Position numbers and translations under genes: made by a program. A DNA stretch of 63,000 nucleotides, the filler included, from Gonapodya sp. JEL0774 (taxonomy: Eukaryota), in NCBI GenBank assembly GCA_027604505.1. It is 11 parts of 11 records of this genome, joined end to end, with 100 filler letters (N's around TTAATTAATTAA, not from the genome) between each part and the next. Parts side by side here need not be neighbours in the genome. Positions count along the whole stretch, not along the records: positions 45,958 to 51,573 come from JADIIX010000691.1; positions 51,674 to 57,288 come from JADIIX010000692.1; positions 57,389 to 63,000 come from JADIIX010000693.1; 8 more parts are not named here. One strand, 5' to 3'. Positions 49,847-61,864 of the stretch are shown here, one piece after another (within the stretch, counting starts at the first letter, position 1; each line of letters begins with the position of its first letter). The notes under the pieces were generated by a model. The model saw only the letters and a program-made list of their open reading frames with translations. It ran no database searches and had not been told where the DNA came from.

Positions 49847-51673
49847 ATCAAGAGAACGCAATGTCGGAATCACTCATTCAAGAACATAATCAGCTCCACC
49901 CAAAATGAATAAAACGTCACATGCCAAAAACCGTCAATTCGAATATCTCTCGATAATTACTTCACATTATAAATCTATTACATTTCACCCTAAACTTGTC
50001 CCCCACGCTCCTTGCGGAAGGTTCATAAAACCTTCGGTCGATTTCTGACGTGGACACGTCAGTTCCCGTGCTCGGCGTTTCTATAAGGAGATTCTTCCAC
50101 TGTTATTATGAGGGGCACCCTTGTATCCACGCATCATTGTCATTCTCGAAGCTCTAGATCATGCTGGTAATGGGGTGATGACGGAGGAGGAGATGGTGAG
50201 GGGAACAAGGGCGCACATTGGTGTCTGTGGTGGAGGTAGAGGAGTTGAAGAAGTGAGGGTGGGTCAGACGGTCGTAACACGGTGTGGGACGGCGGCTGGG
50301 TTCATGGAAGGAGTGGTCTCTGCTCCCTCACCTCTGGCCTCTGCATCATTCGGCATTCCCTCTTATAGTCACTCTGGCAGGCATTTAAATCATGAACAAT
50401 TGCAGCTGAGAACAAAATCAATGCGAGCTCAAACGTGCCTCCCCGAACTTGGCTCAACCAAAACTATGCTCATGCAATACAGGTCCGTGAACGTGAGAAG
50501 TTCCTTTGCCTTGTGCTATTAGTTCTTTTAGAAAGGTTGATGGCAACAGATAAGTCTCGGTAAACTGGTGGGTAGTGTTGGGCGTTCGACACGTAGTCGA
50601 CACCCAAACGTTTCCTTTCTAGGTTCTCTTGCTCCCTTTTGGTAACATAAGTACACTGGCTATCTACGGTGAAAGTGACGTACCAGTTTCATTGGCTTGG
50701 TTGCCTTCATTGAAACGCCCGATTCACGACTGTGGGTTGATTTCATTTAAGGACTCCAGTGTGGAAACTCTCGAACCACAGACACGTAGATTTCATTGCT
50801 CTGACAAGCGTTTTGCACCTGGAAGGTCAACAGTCATTACGTTGGCGTCAAGCTTCGTTCGAGCGGGAATCCCAGCTTCGTCGCAATAACTCCGGAGTGA
50901 GGAATGCACGTAGTATGCGGATCGCGGCCTTGCCCAACCACTTGTTTAAAATTATTTTGAGACGGAGAGAGGCTCGACAATGGCAAAGTGGGTGGAATCA
51001 CTCACATTGGCGAGAATTTCAACAATGTCCACTGATCCAACTCGTGGTCCTCAATCAACGAACACGCTCTCATGCCGTACTTTCACCTCAAGCGTCTGAC
51101 ACTCCTTTCTGAGTTCAGGACCGAAAGACGCCTTCAGGAACTCGCTCATGAAAAGATAGAGCTCGTGTATGGACCCGCTCCAATGTCCATCGTGTTCGAA
51201 ATGTCGCGCTCAAATGCCAGCTCAGCACAATGTGGCAATGATCCGATCCATCTGTCTCCCTGATTGTCCCCCTGGGAGTGTACCGAAATGTTGAAAGTGG
51301 GTGAAACTATCCAAATAATGCACCAACACCAAACGCGCAAAAGCAATGAAAACAAGGTATCAATAATTAAGCACTTGAATGCTATTGTAGGCTTTTGCAT
51401 TAAAGATTTTTAAGTGGACGGAAAGTCACGCCGCAAGAACATAAGTTTATTTACGTCGTATTCAATTTTATGTTACATTGTAGCGGATTGATATTTCTTG
51501 GTATTTCGCTTATCTACAGTTAATGGGCAGTGTCAAAAACGGAGAAGAAAATGTGATGGGAACACGGGAATGTNNNNNNNNNNNNNNNNNNNNNNNNNNN
51601 NNNNNNNNNNNNNNNNNTTAATTAATTAANNNNNNNNNNNNNNNNNNNNNNNNNNNNNNNNNNNNNNNNNNNN

Positions 51674-52635
51674 CTTAATGTGCATGAAACTTACCGCTGT
51701 ACCCGAACACAGCCAGCACGAATGCCATCTCACCACTTTCAATATCCGAACATCTGGTGTCAGGGTTTGAGGTCATCCATTTGGCAATCGGAACACTCAC
51801 GCGATTGATTGAAAGTGCCCCAATCGGAAGGGATATTGGCCGGTGCCTTCGTAGTTCTCAAAAGTCTTGTCCACCCTCTTTTTACGGTACAAAGCGAGCT
51901 CCTCGAGTCCGATAACCTTCTCGCCCTTTTCGTTGACGCGAGCCGAAGCCAAAAGTTCCTCCACGAGCTTAGGATCTGGCTTCGTCTGGTCAGCTCCAGT
52001 AATTGCGTCTTCACGAGTCAGGCTGGCTGGGTGCTCTACAAACGATGAGGGCACAAAGTCGTGAAGGTTCCACGGGTACTGCGACGAAACAGGAGAACAG
52101 TGACATGATTGCACACGATCAAGAGTGGCGAGGGATGAATGGATCACACTGGCCCACTCACAGTCTTTATTTTCGTCCGAACTTGGAAGAGAAGAGGGCC
52201 AGAGATGCTGAGAAGCGTAAGTCAACCCATGCTCGACTTTACATATGCACGCATATATATCAACACCAGAAAGCCACATCCGAACTCACTCAATTCCAAC
52301 GCCGAAACAGTTCCAGAAACCCCACGCAATATCCCACCAGGTGATGTTCTTGCCGTCACGCGGAATATAGCCGTGGTTTGCCATTATGTTCTGGCGAACG
52401 GTTCGTGTCGGTGGTTTGCGACATTCATGAAGGAAGGGTGAAACCGTGGTCAAACATCACCATCACGACCGAACTGATCGCAGTAGACGTCAGTACATGA
52501 GCGATCATCACTCACCAGGGCAGGACATGGCGCGCGATGGTCGGTTGGCCCAGCAGCCTGGAATTCATGCGCCCCAGAATTGAAACGACCCTTCCCAGGG
52601 ACACGGGCAATCGTTGGGGCAGTCTCTGACGACAT
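51674..52635 (-). CDS. Heme-thiolate peroxidase (chloroperoxidase / unspecific peroxygenase), 3' truncated
   Basis: DHRAPCPAL|NIMANHGYIPRDGKNIT with the PCP heme ligand; VEHPASLTRED; SGE at the acid-base Glu position. Confidence 0.9.
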
Positions 52636-52902
52636 GGCTCGTTGAGAGCGAGAGTATGGAGATTTGGTGGGGAGCTACCTTTTTGGGGTTGTGGGCTGCT
52701 GTTTATATATCCCCTGCATTTATGCTCAGCTCAATATATAATAAGTAAATTGATGTATAGGTGATAGGTCATCAATTGTAAGATGGCAAATTTCAAGGGA
52801 AGAATCTGCATAACAATAAATTGCAATATACTCTCTAAATCGAGTGAGCCCCTGTCGCAACGCCGCCCGCGCCAAGCATCCACGTTCATGGCGGATTACA
52901 GT

Positions 52903-53388
52903 TCAAGCACACACACCGCGCCGATGTGCCATGGAAGAGTCAATCATGCGCAAACCTCCCCACTCTGTTTTTCCTCGGTATTGTTGCTCCTTTTTCCTCT
53001 CGTTCACCACCGCAACCAAGAACCGCATTCGTCCAATCTCAGATTCCTCCCGTGATGAAGTTTGCCAGTTGATCCCCCCATGACTTAAAAATTTAAAGCT
53101 CCAGAGTCGTGCAAAGTGAGGCAGAGTAAACGACCTCCATTGATGGCATGTGTTGGAAAGGGAGATGAGAGCAACTTCCCGCTGGGAATTCTCCAGTTGA
53201 GAGGGCCCACGCGAGCTGTACTCGGGAATAAGGTTGGGGAGTATGTGATGGATGAAGATTTCTGGTGGAATTCTTGGGAAAGGTGCGTGCTCTGTGGCGC
53301 GGTGCGACGGAGGATTAAGAGATGCGTTTGCGGTGTGGTGCCCCGATCGAGCGGGGGCATTGTGGAGAGAAACGTGATGGCAGCTCAT
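52903..53388 (-). CDS. F-box-like protein or fragment
   Basis: FPRIPPEIFIHHILPNL...LISLSNTCHQWRSF resembles an F-box; short, with no partner domain seen. Confidence 0.45.
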   Translation of the reverse strand: MSCHHVSLHNAPARSGHHTANASLNPPSHRATEHAPFPRIPPEIFIHHILPNLIPEYSSRGPSQLENSQREVALISLSNTCHQWRSFTLPHFARLWSFKFLSHGGINWQTSSREESEIGRMRFLVAVVNERKKEQQYRGKTEWGGLRMIDSSMAHRRGVCA

Positions 53389-53758
53389 CAGACATGCAGA
53401 AAGAGAGAGACTGCGAAGTGTGTTTTTGAATGGTGATTATATATCAAAAGTTCCACATCCATGATCATCGCCACGATGGAAGGGTTCCCTGAGATGGTAC
53501 ACATCGAAAGTGAGATCATGCAATATTACAATATATTCAATATATTCATGAATTGCAGATATATGTATGAGCACATCCAGCAAAAACATGCGCACATAGG
53601 CCTTGTGTGTGAATTGATGTCTCTGGTTCAGGTGCTGATGGACCTGCTTCTTCAATGGAAATGGGCGTTCGACAAAATTCAAGACAAGAATACTAGGAGA
53701 AGAATAGCTTGTCGCTAGCAACCTATGAGCAACGGTGGGACGGGAAATGTATGAATAT

Positions 53759-55214
53759 CTATTTATCCCACTTCGAACGAAATAGTTCAAACACGGCTGC
53801 AATAGCACATGGAGTGGTGTACTATAACAAAAACGTGGAAAAATAGGTTGAGTTTTCTATGAACACATCGAACCAAGCAAAGGGGTTGAATCATACCTCG
53901 TGCTGGTCGTGACCCGAGGAACGAATCGGAGTTCCACTTCTTACTCCTAGATCGCTGTTGAGCGCCTGTTTCGAGGTAACATAGTTGATGCAGTTCTTGT
54001 TTGTGGATGAATGTTGGGGCATCAACAGTTGCGTTAGTGCCGCATCGAACGAACTGTTGATTCGCGGAGCGAGGGCCTACTTCAGAATACCATGGAAGCC
54101 GCGGTCTGGGGATCTGGTGACCCAAGTGGACCGAGTCAGTGAAAGCGATCGCCGATATCCGAGTCGTTGTACTGGGAGCTAATTATAATGGATATTCCGA
54201 GATCAGAGAAAGTAAACAATGAGAAATAATCAATCAATCAGCTAGACTACGTGCAGCTCACCTCGCGATTCAACCATTTGGACGGTGTGTGCACCTCCAG
54301 CGGAGTGTGCCACTATGAACACAGACGATGCGGAGCTTGGACTGATTCGCATTCCACTATGAGTGCAAGCCAGCAAGTCGGTCATATATTGCATTCAATT
54401 AAATCTCACGCGATGAAATTATCCCAGATGTAAGCCAAATGTTGCCCAGGAGACGAATTTTGAGGAATCGGTACATCGATCCCAGAAGAGTTCTTCCAAG
54501 AGTTTTGGTTCGTGTTCAAGACTAGAAGAGAATAGTTCTCCGAGATTGCGCGGTCGACATACTCGAGAACGGATCCGCGCTGCGAATCGTGTGGTGTGCG
54601 TGGTACTTATGTCATGTTGGTGGCACGGGAGCAAAGCGCTCTGGACGTCCTAGTCTCACATAGACACTGTCGTTCATGACTATTTTTCTTGCCCATTGTC
54701 CTACGCGGATGGCTGAACCCGGTACTAGTACCATGACACGGCGCGTGTCCTCTAGGAAGTTCTTTCTGAACGGAAGATGCGGGAATCAACAGCAGACCGA
54801 GTGGCCACTCGATCAATGGATGCTCTGATACTTACGTGGTAAATATATAAGAATGAGGCTGATTTTGGGCGACTCCCGTGGGAATGAGGATTCGGTCCAG
54901 ACCTCGCTGCTCCAACATCCCCTCGATTTGCCTTGCAACAGCATCCCTGGTCCAAACCTCACGTTAAACTAGATTGGCGCGCGTGAGACTGATACAGAAA
55001 CGTACCCGAGCGCCTCGTAGTGTGCTTGATTGTACCCTCTATCTCCGGTCTTCACCTCGAAAACGAACCGCTCGCCATTCGCCTTTTGTCTGAGTTCACC
55101 ATCATCAGTCACGTGGTAGCCAAAGCCATCGAGATCATCTGGGAACTTGTGAGCGCTGGCTTGTCTGGACCCGGTATTAAAACCGAGGTTCGAGAGGTTC
55201 GACGTGAGCGACAT
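53759..55214 (-). CDS. Arb2-domain / FAM172A-like protein, multi-exon
   Basis: FPDDLDGFGY...FVFEV...NQAHYEALG, PGSAIRVGQWARKIVMND, HLAYIWDNFI, FIVAHSAGG, AIAFTDSVH, NYVTS and SSGHDQHEYT. Confidence 0.85.
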
Positions 55215-55441
55215 GATTGTCTGGTTGATTTGAGTCCCTCTGCTCTCTCAGGTATGTAGGCGGGAGGGCGGCCGTCAACGCCGAAATCCTGCTCGATGGA
55301 GATGCAACCGAGCGGACGATAGTTCGAGATGTCGGTTTGGTTTCGGTGGCCAGTGGAGGCCGGTGGCGGCCACAGTCACACCCGTTGTCTCAATGGATGA
55401 CCTCTCCAAGGTGACGTCAGTCTCCCAACTAAATCTCAAAA

Positions 55442-56049
55442 ATGCCCGGAGGTGCAGCAACTACGGGAGCTCGAACTTACCGTGGATTCTTTCGCTTTCT
55501 CGCTATCGATCCGGAAACTTACCCACTGGCAGGTGGGTGGAAAAAAAATGATCAGTCAGAATATCGCTCAAGTGCTCGGCAACCCGGCCTCGCAGGAGTT
55601 GCAAGTCTCATTTTTGCATCTGCGGGGTTTCTGCTGTGAGTTACGCTGTACGTGTGCGTCTATGCAGTGGTGTCAACACTCTTGCGATTGCTCCAATTAC
55701 CTTATGTCATCCCAAACCTTCAAGTGGACGCAAGTTCGCCACTGGGCAGCCTGAAACTCAGATAGAAGTTCATGCGAGGCCATGGCAGGTGAGGTTCCCC
55801 GTGGGAATGATTGGACATATGTGCATCCCAAGGAGTAGATGAAATCTAAACCACAGTCGACTTTTATGTAAAACCGGATCTCACTCGCAGGACAACTTCC
55901 CATCCAACAACAAAGAAACTTCACCGTACACGTACATTCCCCCTGGTGGCAAGGAGCCCGTTGCTGCTCCCCCTTCCATGCAATCTACGGAGATTCGCGT
56001 CCCAGCTGCAGCAGGGGAAGGAGGCAAGACCATTGATCTTAGGAAGTAA
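55442..56049 (+). CDS. Small single-TM protein, NDUFA4/MLRQ (B12D)-like, 4 exons
   Basis: Spliced: MPGG...IDPETYPLAGVASLIFASAGFLLGRKFATGQPE...PWQ...YTYIPPGGKEPVAAPPSMQS...RK*; divergent from the Arb2-like gene at about 230 bp. Confidence 0.5.
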
Positions 56050-56509
56050 TGATGATAGGGTACCAGCGTTCTAAATTTGATTCGACTGTGCAGTTTGCGT
56101 GTATGTTGTAAAGGCGCACATATTCAGTAATTCGAGAGTGATAGCGTTGTGTACTGACCGACCGCCGCCATGACCTTGGCGTTCCGGTCACACGCTCCCG
56201 CTTTCATCTTTCATACTACTAGACTTTTACAACTCAATTCTTTCTACGCTCACTTCTTTATCGTTGCGGTCCTTCTCTTCCGGAAGACTCGAGTCTCAAG
56301 TATGCGCTGGAACCGGTCAGCGAGTTCGACGGCTCTGACAAGAAGCCAGACCAGAAAACATTTTGAGAAGTTGAACGGCAGTGAATGAGTAAGGACGAAC
56401 CCTGGAGCGCAATTGATTTTGTGTCGATCACGGCGTACGCGGTACTCCCGATACGGTATGTACAAAAAAGTCTACCACAACAAAGTGGGAGGTCACCTAA
56501 AACAGGTTA

Positions 56510-57126
56510 TTAAGCAACGCCTGGCTCTAAAATCCGCTCCGGAGAGTGAACGCCAGAGGATGATGTGCCTTTCATATCACCCGTAGCTGTAGTTCGAACA
56601 CGGTCGACTGGAGGATCCCGATACAACCGTTCACTGTGTTCCTCTATTCGTCTAATCCTCTTCCTTTCAGCCATTATTCGACTCTCATGTGTCGCGAACA
56701 ACAAAGTCAGAACGAGGAGTTTGACGAGCGGAACATATCCTTTGTATCTTCGGTTCCTAACCCACCACGGTTGGCCGAACCCGTCGGAGCCATGAGAGTA
56801 ATACTGCCCTCGTTCAGCGCGTGAGGTGCGATAACCGAGACTCGATATGGGGCGAGGCTTTGTGAGGGTTTCGTGAGCTTCCGATATTCGGACAAAAGGC
56901 TCAGAACTGCCCCGCAGCGACGCAGAGGAGGATGTGACATCGGGGTGAGTCTTCTTCGCGAGCTCCAGATAGGCTGGTTTCCATGTCATAGTACGATATG
57001 TCTTACAGAGATCGGGGAGCACGATGATCATCATGAATGCCGTCTCCCAAGCTCACCCGATTTGATTTCCGCCATCGTTGCATTCTGTCCCACATTCAAG
57101 ATCCTCCTTGCTTCCTCGTCTCTCAT
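56510..57126 (-). CDS. Small J-domain (DnaJ) protein with a downstream TM segment
   Basis: MRDEEARRILNVGQNATMAEIKS, intron, then AYLELAKKTHPD...FVRISEAHETL with the HPD motif. Confidence 0.8.
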
Positions 57127-58724
57127 CACCGCAGGTCACCGTTTCGAATGTGGATTCTGCGGGTGGGTCCGCTCTGATCGATGAAACGGCCTCATGGCAA
57201 CCCACACAAATGTTGCAGTGCATGCACCGATTGTCACATCAAACTTGGAGTAAACCCATTCACTGGACTTCAAGTCACATGGCTTCTANNNNNNNNNNNN
57301 NNNNNNNNNNNNNNNNNNNNNNNNNNNNNNNNTTAATTAATTAANNNNNNNNNNNNNNNNNNNNNNNNNNNNNNNNNNNNNNNNNNNNAGTATTGCGTAC
57401 TTTGCGAATGGAGGATTGGAGAATGAGGTGGAGCCGATCGACAAGTGTGTGGAATTGACGGGTGGGAAGAAGCTGTTTGACAAGGTTACGGCGAAGAAGC
57501 ACATTTTCGGAAGGTTTAAGCAGAGTTATGTGGATGCGCAGAAGTCGACGTAGATGTGAAAACTGAAAAACTTTACTTGTGTGACAGAGATTGTATAAAA
57601 TGTTGCTCGACGTGGCAATTACTCCTCCGACTAGCAATTCAAGCCTGTTAAGTAGAGAGAGCGCGGAGGGAGGGGGGAGGGGTGTCAGGCTAGGGCGTTG
57701 TGGGACAATGCTGTCGTGGTGCTGATACAGCCGTGGGCCACAGTACCTGGCCCCTGCGTCGTGTGTATGTACAACCACTGCTATTACAATAAGACATCGC
57801 TCCCCCGCTTCTTTCAGTTCCCTATTCCACCCGTCCAGTGTCAGACCCACTACATTTTCGAGGGACGAACGTGAACTCGAACCGAAGGGGAGACCTGCTG
57901 TGCATTGGTTGCCGGCGATCCCTTTCTGGTTTCCTGAGTCGATCGATTGGAGCAATATGTAATTTTCGTGTCCATGATTTGAGAGTATACATCTGTTAGA
58001 ATAGCACGCAACAGTCTACTGGCTCGTAACTCAGTTTTGCCTTCGTGCGGTGATCCGTCTCTATGTTCAACATCGGTGCTGCATGTAGCTGTGGAAGTCC
58101 CCACCTTGCTGTGAATTGGCCCCACCTCGCCGGAATTTCACGAAAATCAACGGGAATGTCGCTTTTAGATCCAAAATCCACAGAAAAAAACGACGTTGAG
58201 CGTTCATCTACGATACATTTTACATGTCTTACGTGATTCCCAGTTCCCCGGCCTTCTGATCATTTGGTGACCACTGCCCCTCCGCTTACAGTGAACGTTC
58301 AGCAAAACATCAGATGTCTGACTCATGGTATATAAAGATATCTGGGGGTACGGGGACTTCAAAGTGACAAGAAGGAAGTGGTGCCAGAGCGTTCCCTCAG
58401 CCTTTGGTCGGTGGTGCACGGTCCCACCCTGTACCCCACCTGGCACACACCTTCTCTCCCCACATTCAACACACACCCATCTACACCGACTTTACGTGAG
58501 TTTGGGGTCCCCACTCAAACCCGCACACAGATGATGTCATCCTGACTGCATTTCCCTGTTCCATTCCCTGTGTTGTTCACCGGTTCCGATGGATGGATCC
58601 CACTTTCCCCATACTGCACCTCCCATCCGACCCCACTCCCCTCTTCTTCCTCCCCCACCTTCCCCACCTTCCCCCCTTAACCCCCCCCTAACCCCTTCAA
58701 CCTCAATCCCCCCTATCAAAAAGT

Positions 58725-60376
58725 ATGGCGGACGCTGCTCCTGCTGAAGGTCGTGGGCGTGGTGGCTTTGGAAGGGGGAGGGGAAGGGGCGACAGGGGCG
58801 GACGCGGTGGACGCGGTGGAAGGGGTGGAAGGGGTAGGGAGGAGAAGAAGGAGGAATGGTGAGTGTGCATGGGCAGATCTCGCCCAAGCGTCAGCGACGG
58901 GCATAGTCCGCCGGAGGCGATTGAATCCTGCAGTCCATGTGGGCCTTCCAAATTCCTAACCCATTCTATGCGGGCTTGCCCCGCTGTGGGAGAGTTCGGC
59001 GATCCCTATGTTCCGCGGTCACAGCACTCACTCATCCTTCCTGACCCACCCTCTCTCCCCCCTCCCACTCCCGTCCAGGCAACCCGTCACCAAACTCGGC
59101 CGTCTTGTCAAGGAAGGCAAGATCAAGTCCATCGAGGAACTCTACCTCTACTCCCTGCCCATCAAGGAGTACCAGATTGTGGATTTCTTCTTGCCAAAGT
59201 TGAAGGACGAGGTCATGAAGATTATGCCCGTGCAGAAGCAGACGAGGGCTGGGCAGAGGACCAGGTTCAAGGTGAGTACATCGAGCCAGTGGCGAGAAGG
59301 TCCCGAGACACGAGCGTCTGCGAGTGCCCAACCGAGCTGGAGGCGATCCTCCAATCGAGCCGGAGGCGAGATAGTCCCGACGGGCACTCGCTGACCCTCG
59401 TGGCCCAATGAGCCGGAGGCGCTATATGATGCCGTGGGCTCGATGTGTCATCGATCTCTATGCGAGATGATCCGACCTTTGACCTCTTCTCGTCCACCCG
59501 ATCTCACCCTCTCCCCCCACCTCCCCGTCCAGGCCTTTGTCGTCATCGGCGACGGCGCAGGCCACGTCGGTCTGGGCGTCAAGTGTGCCAAGGAAGTCGC
59601 CACCGCCATCAGGGGTTCCATCATCCTGGCCAAACTGAGCGTCGTGCCCGTCAGACGAGGGTACTGGGGGACAGTTTTGGGAGAGCCGCACACGGTGCCG
59701 GGAAAGGTGGGTATCTCGAGCGGTTTCCAAATGGTGCTCTTCAAGCTGGAGAAGAGATTGTACCTATCGAGTCGGAGGCCAGATAGGGTCTATCACTTTC
59801 GACAATGCATATCGAGTCTTTGGCAAGATGCTTCCGACCAACCATTGAATGAACTCCCTTTCCCGTCATACCCTCCCCCCCCCCCTCCAGATCACCGGCA
59901 AATGCGGTTCCGCCGTCACCCGTCTCATCCCGGCCCCCCGCGGAACCGGTCTCGTGGCCGCGCCCGTTCCCAAGAAGCTTTTGACCCTTGCCGGAATCCA
60001 AGACGTGTACACGCAGACGAAAGGGACCACCAGGACGTTGGGAAACTTCGTCAAGGCCACGTTTGCGGCGATTGGCGCCACGTATGGGTACTTGACGCCG
60101 GATTTGTGGAGTGAGGTGGGTTGAGAGGGGTGGCTGGGGGGTCGTTGATGGTGGTCCCACGTCGCGGGTCGTCGCACCGGCCCAATTTGGTCGTTTCTTG
60201 CGACCTGTGTCTTCCACTTTCCCTTTCCCTTGCGCACTGCACTGCTGCAGTCACACACAATTTGCTAATCCACGGACCCACCCTCCACGTACCCCTCCAC
60301 TCTGCAGACTAAATTCGACCGCTCCCCGTACCAAGTCCACACCGATTTCTTGGCGCGGAAGCCCATCACCTACTAG
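58725..60376 (+). CDS. RPS2: 40S ribosomal protein S2 (uS5), 5 exons
   Basis: RGG-rich N-terminus; [52 protein letters not shown] and [10 protein letters not shown]. Confidence 0.99.
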
Positions 60377-61052
60377 TCTACCCACCCGTCTGCCCAACCC
60401 GGGGACTTTCGGACCACGGGGCTCGGAATCGTAGGTCGTGGAGTAGGCAGACTTGCATGTGTACCGAGCTGATGCGCAAATATATGACTTGAAAAACCCA
60501 CCCTTGAGAGATCGTGAATCAAGTTGCGTTCGGTCTGGTTCTATCGGTGTGGATCAAAAGGTGCGAGGCCGTGGTGGCTTTTCCTGGACCGACAAAGTAC
60601 GTGCTCTTGTACTGCACACGTGACTGGCAATGTTGGACAGTATCTACCACGTGCTGCTCGGTTACGCATCCGGACAGCTGGGTTGTGCTCTCGGGGTAGT
60701 CTGATAGCGTCGACCGACTACAGTCTGCAATGTTCCTTTCGGGTTTTCTTCTGAGCTCCATCGCGTTTGCCGATGGTTTGCCATTTGTGTATTATCGTGA
60801 AACTGTGTGGCTCCTCTGTACTTTCATGGTACACGGTCCGAGTCTAAACCACATGGCCATGTCGCGAAAAACCGTGATGCATGTGTGTGGATCTTGATCT
60901 CGGGGGGAAGGTAGTGCGGTTAACCAGCCCCAGTACAAGACACCTGCTGGACACTTTATACTACTCATGTCCGCAGGATTGGGTGAGGATGATCCACTCG
61001 AACCATTCGTTCTAAAACCATCAAAAATCCAATTACACTATTCAGACAAACC

Positions 61053-61409
61053 ATGGAAACAGCTTACGCCCTCTACGTCTCAGTCGGAAACGCCGCGCTC
61101 TGGCTCAATTCTCCCGCCCTAGTGAGCGCCATCGGCTTCTCAAGCGTGGGACCTGTCGCAGGTCGGTGTGTTTTGCAGACCTTTTGCACCACCACACCGT
61201 TCATCCTCGCTGATCCCACCTGTTCCCGATCAGGATCTGTCGCTGCGACTGTCCAATCGACCATGGGGGGTACGGTGGCGGCTGGGAGTATGTTCGCCGG
61301 ACTGCAGAGTCTGGCCATGGGAGGGGCGGCGGCCGGAGCTGGGGCGATACTGGGAACGGTTGCTGTGGGTGCTGTGGGAGTAGCGGCGGTGTGCGCGCTT
61401 AGGGGTTAG
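61053..61409 (+). CDS. IFI6/IFI27 (ISG12)-like small Gly/Ala-rich membrane protein, 2 exons
   Basis: IGFSSVGPVA|GSVAATVQSTMGGTVAAGSMFAGLQSLAMGG; intron ~61162-61233. Confidence 0.75.
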   Translation: METAYALYVSVGNAALWLNSPALVSAIGFSSVGPVAGRCVLQTFCTTTPFILADPTCSRSGSVAATVQSTMGGTVAAGSMFAGLQSLAMGGAAAGAGAILGTVAVGAVGVAAVCALRG

Positions 61410-61508
61410 TTGTGTGCAAGGGTTAAGGGCGTGTACGGCACCTGTAATTTTAGAAAGTAGTTATTTGTGAAGTATTCGTTATTGGGGGTGCGTGCGGTTT
61501 GCAACAAC

Positions 61509-61631
61509 AACTGTGCGGTGCACCAACTTAACTGTGCGGTGCACACCACGCACAGCTCATCCCGCGCACCACACAGTTCATTCTCCTATATATATACTAC
61601 TATATATAGAGGACTTAACTGTGCGGTGCGC
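61509..61631. repeat. Cluster of AACTGTGCGGTGC direct and inverted repeats, probable transposon terminus
   Basis: Direct copies at 61509, 61530 and 61617; inverted copy gcaccacacagtt at 61566-61578; TA-rich spacer at 61587-61608. Confidence 0.7.
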
Positions 61632-61864
61632 CGGTCACGAGATATTATTTTTTTAGAAGACTGGCCAGTGTGACGCACAAGACTTTTGTTTTACAAAACA
61701 CAACAGAAAATCGGAGGCTGCAAAGATATTTTCTGTGACCAGTAAACCATTTATGGCTCTAAGGTGCAGCTGTGTCTCTGTACTGTCTCCTCACCACCTT
61801 CCGCTTGCGACTGATCTCCTCATCTGCAGAAACTCCAAGGTTGTCCCCACTCTCCTCTTCCGAG

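Noticed and set aside
50600..51263. Plus-strand ORF fragments that might be an F-box/LRR remnant
   Set aside because: Interrupted frames with no diagnostic motif.
57389..58480. Minus-strand ORF pieces upstream of RPS2
   Set aside because: No recognisable domain or consistent splice model; truncated by the contig edge.
58859..59078. H/ACA snoRNA in RPS2 intron 1, by analogy with vertebrate RPS2
   Set aside because: An ACA is present near 59020, but I could not establish an H box or a two-hairpin fold by eye.
61509..61631. CRISPR-like array
   Set aside because: Repeats are only 13 bp, irregularly spaced and partly inverted; eukaryotic context with no cas genes.
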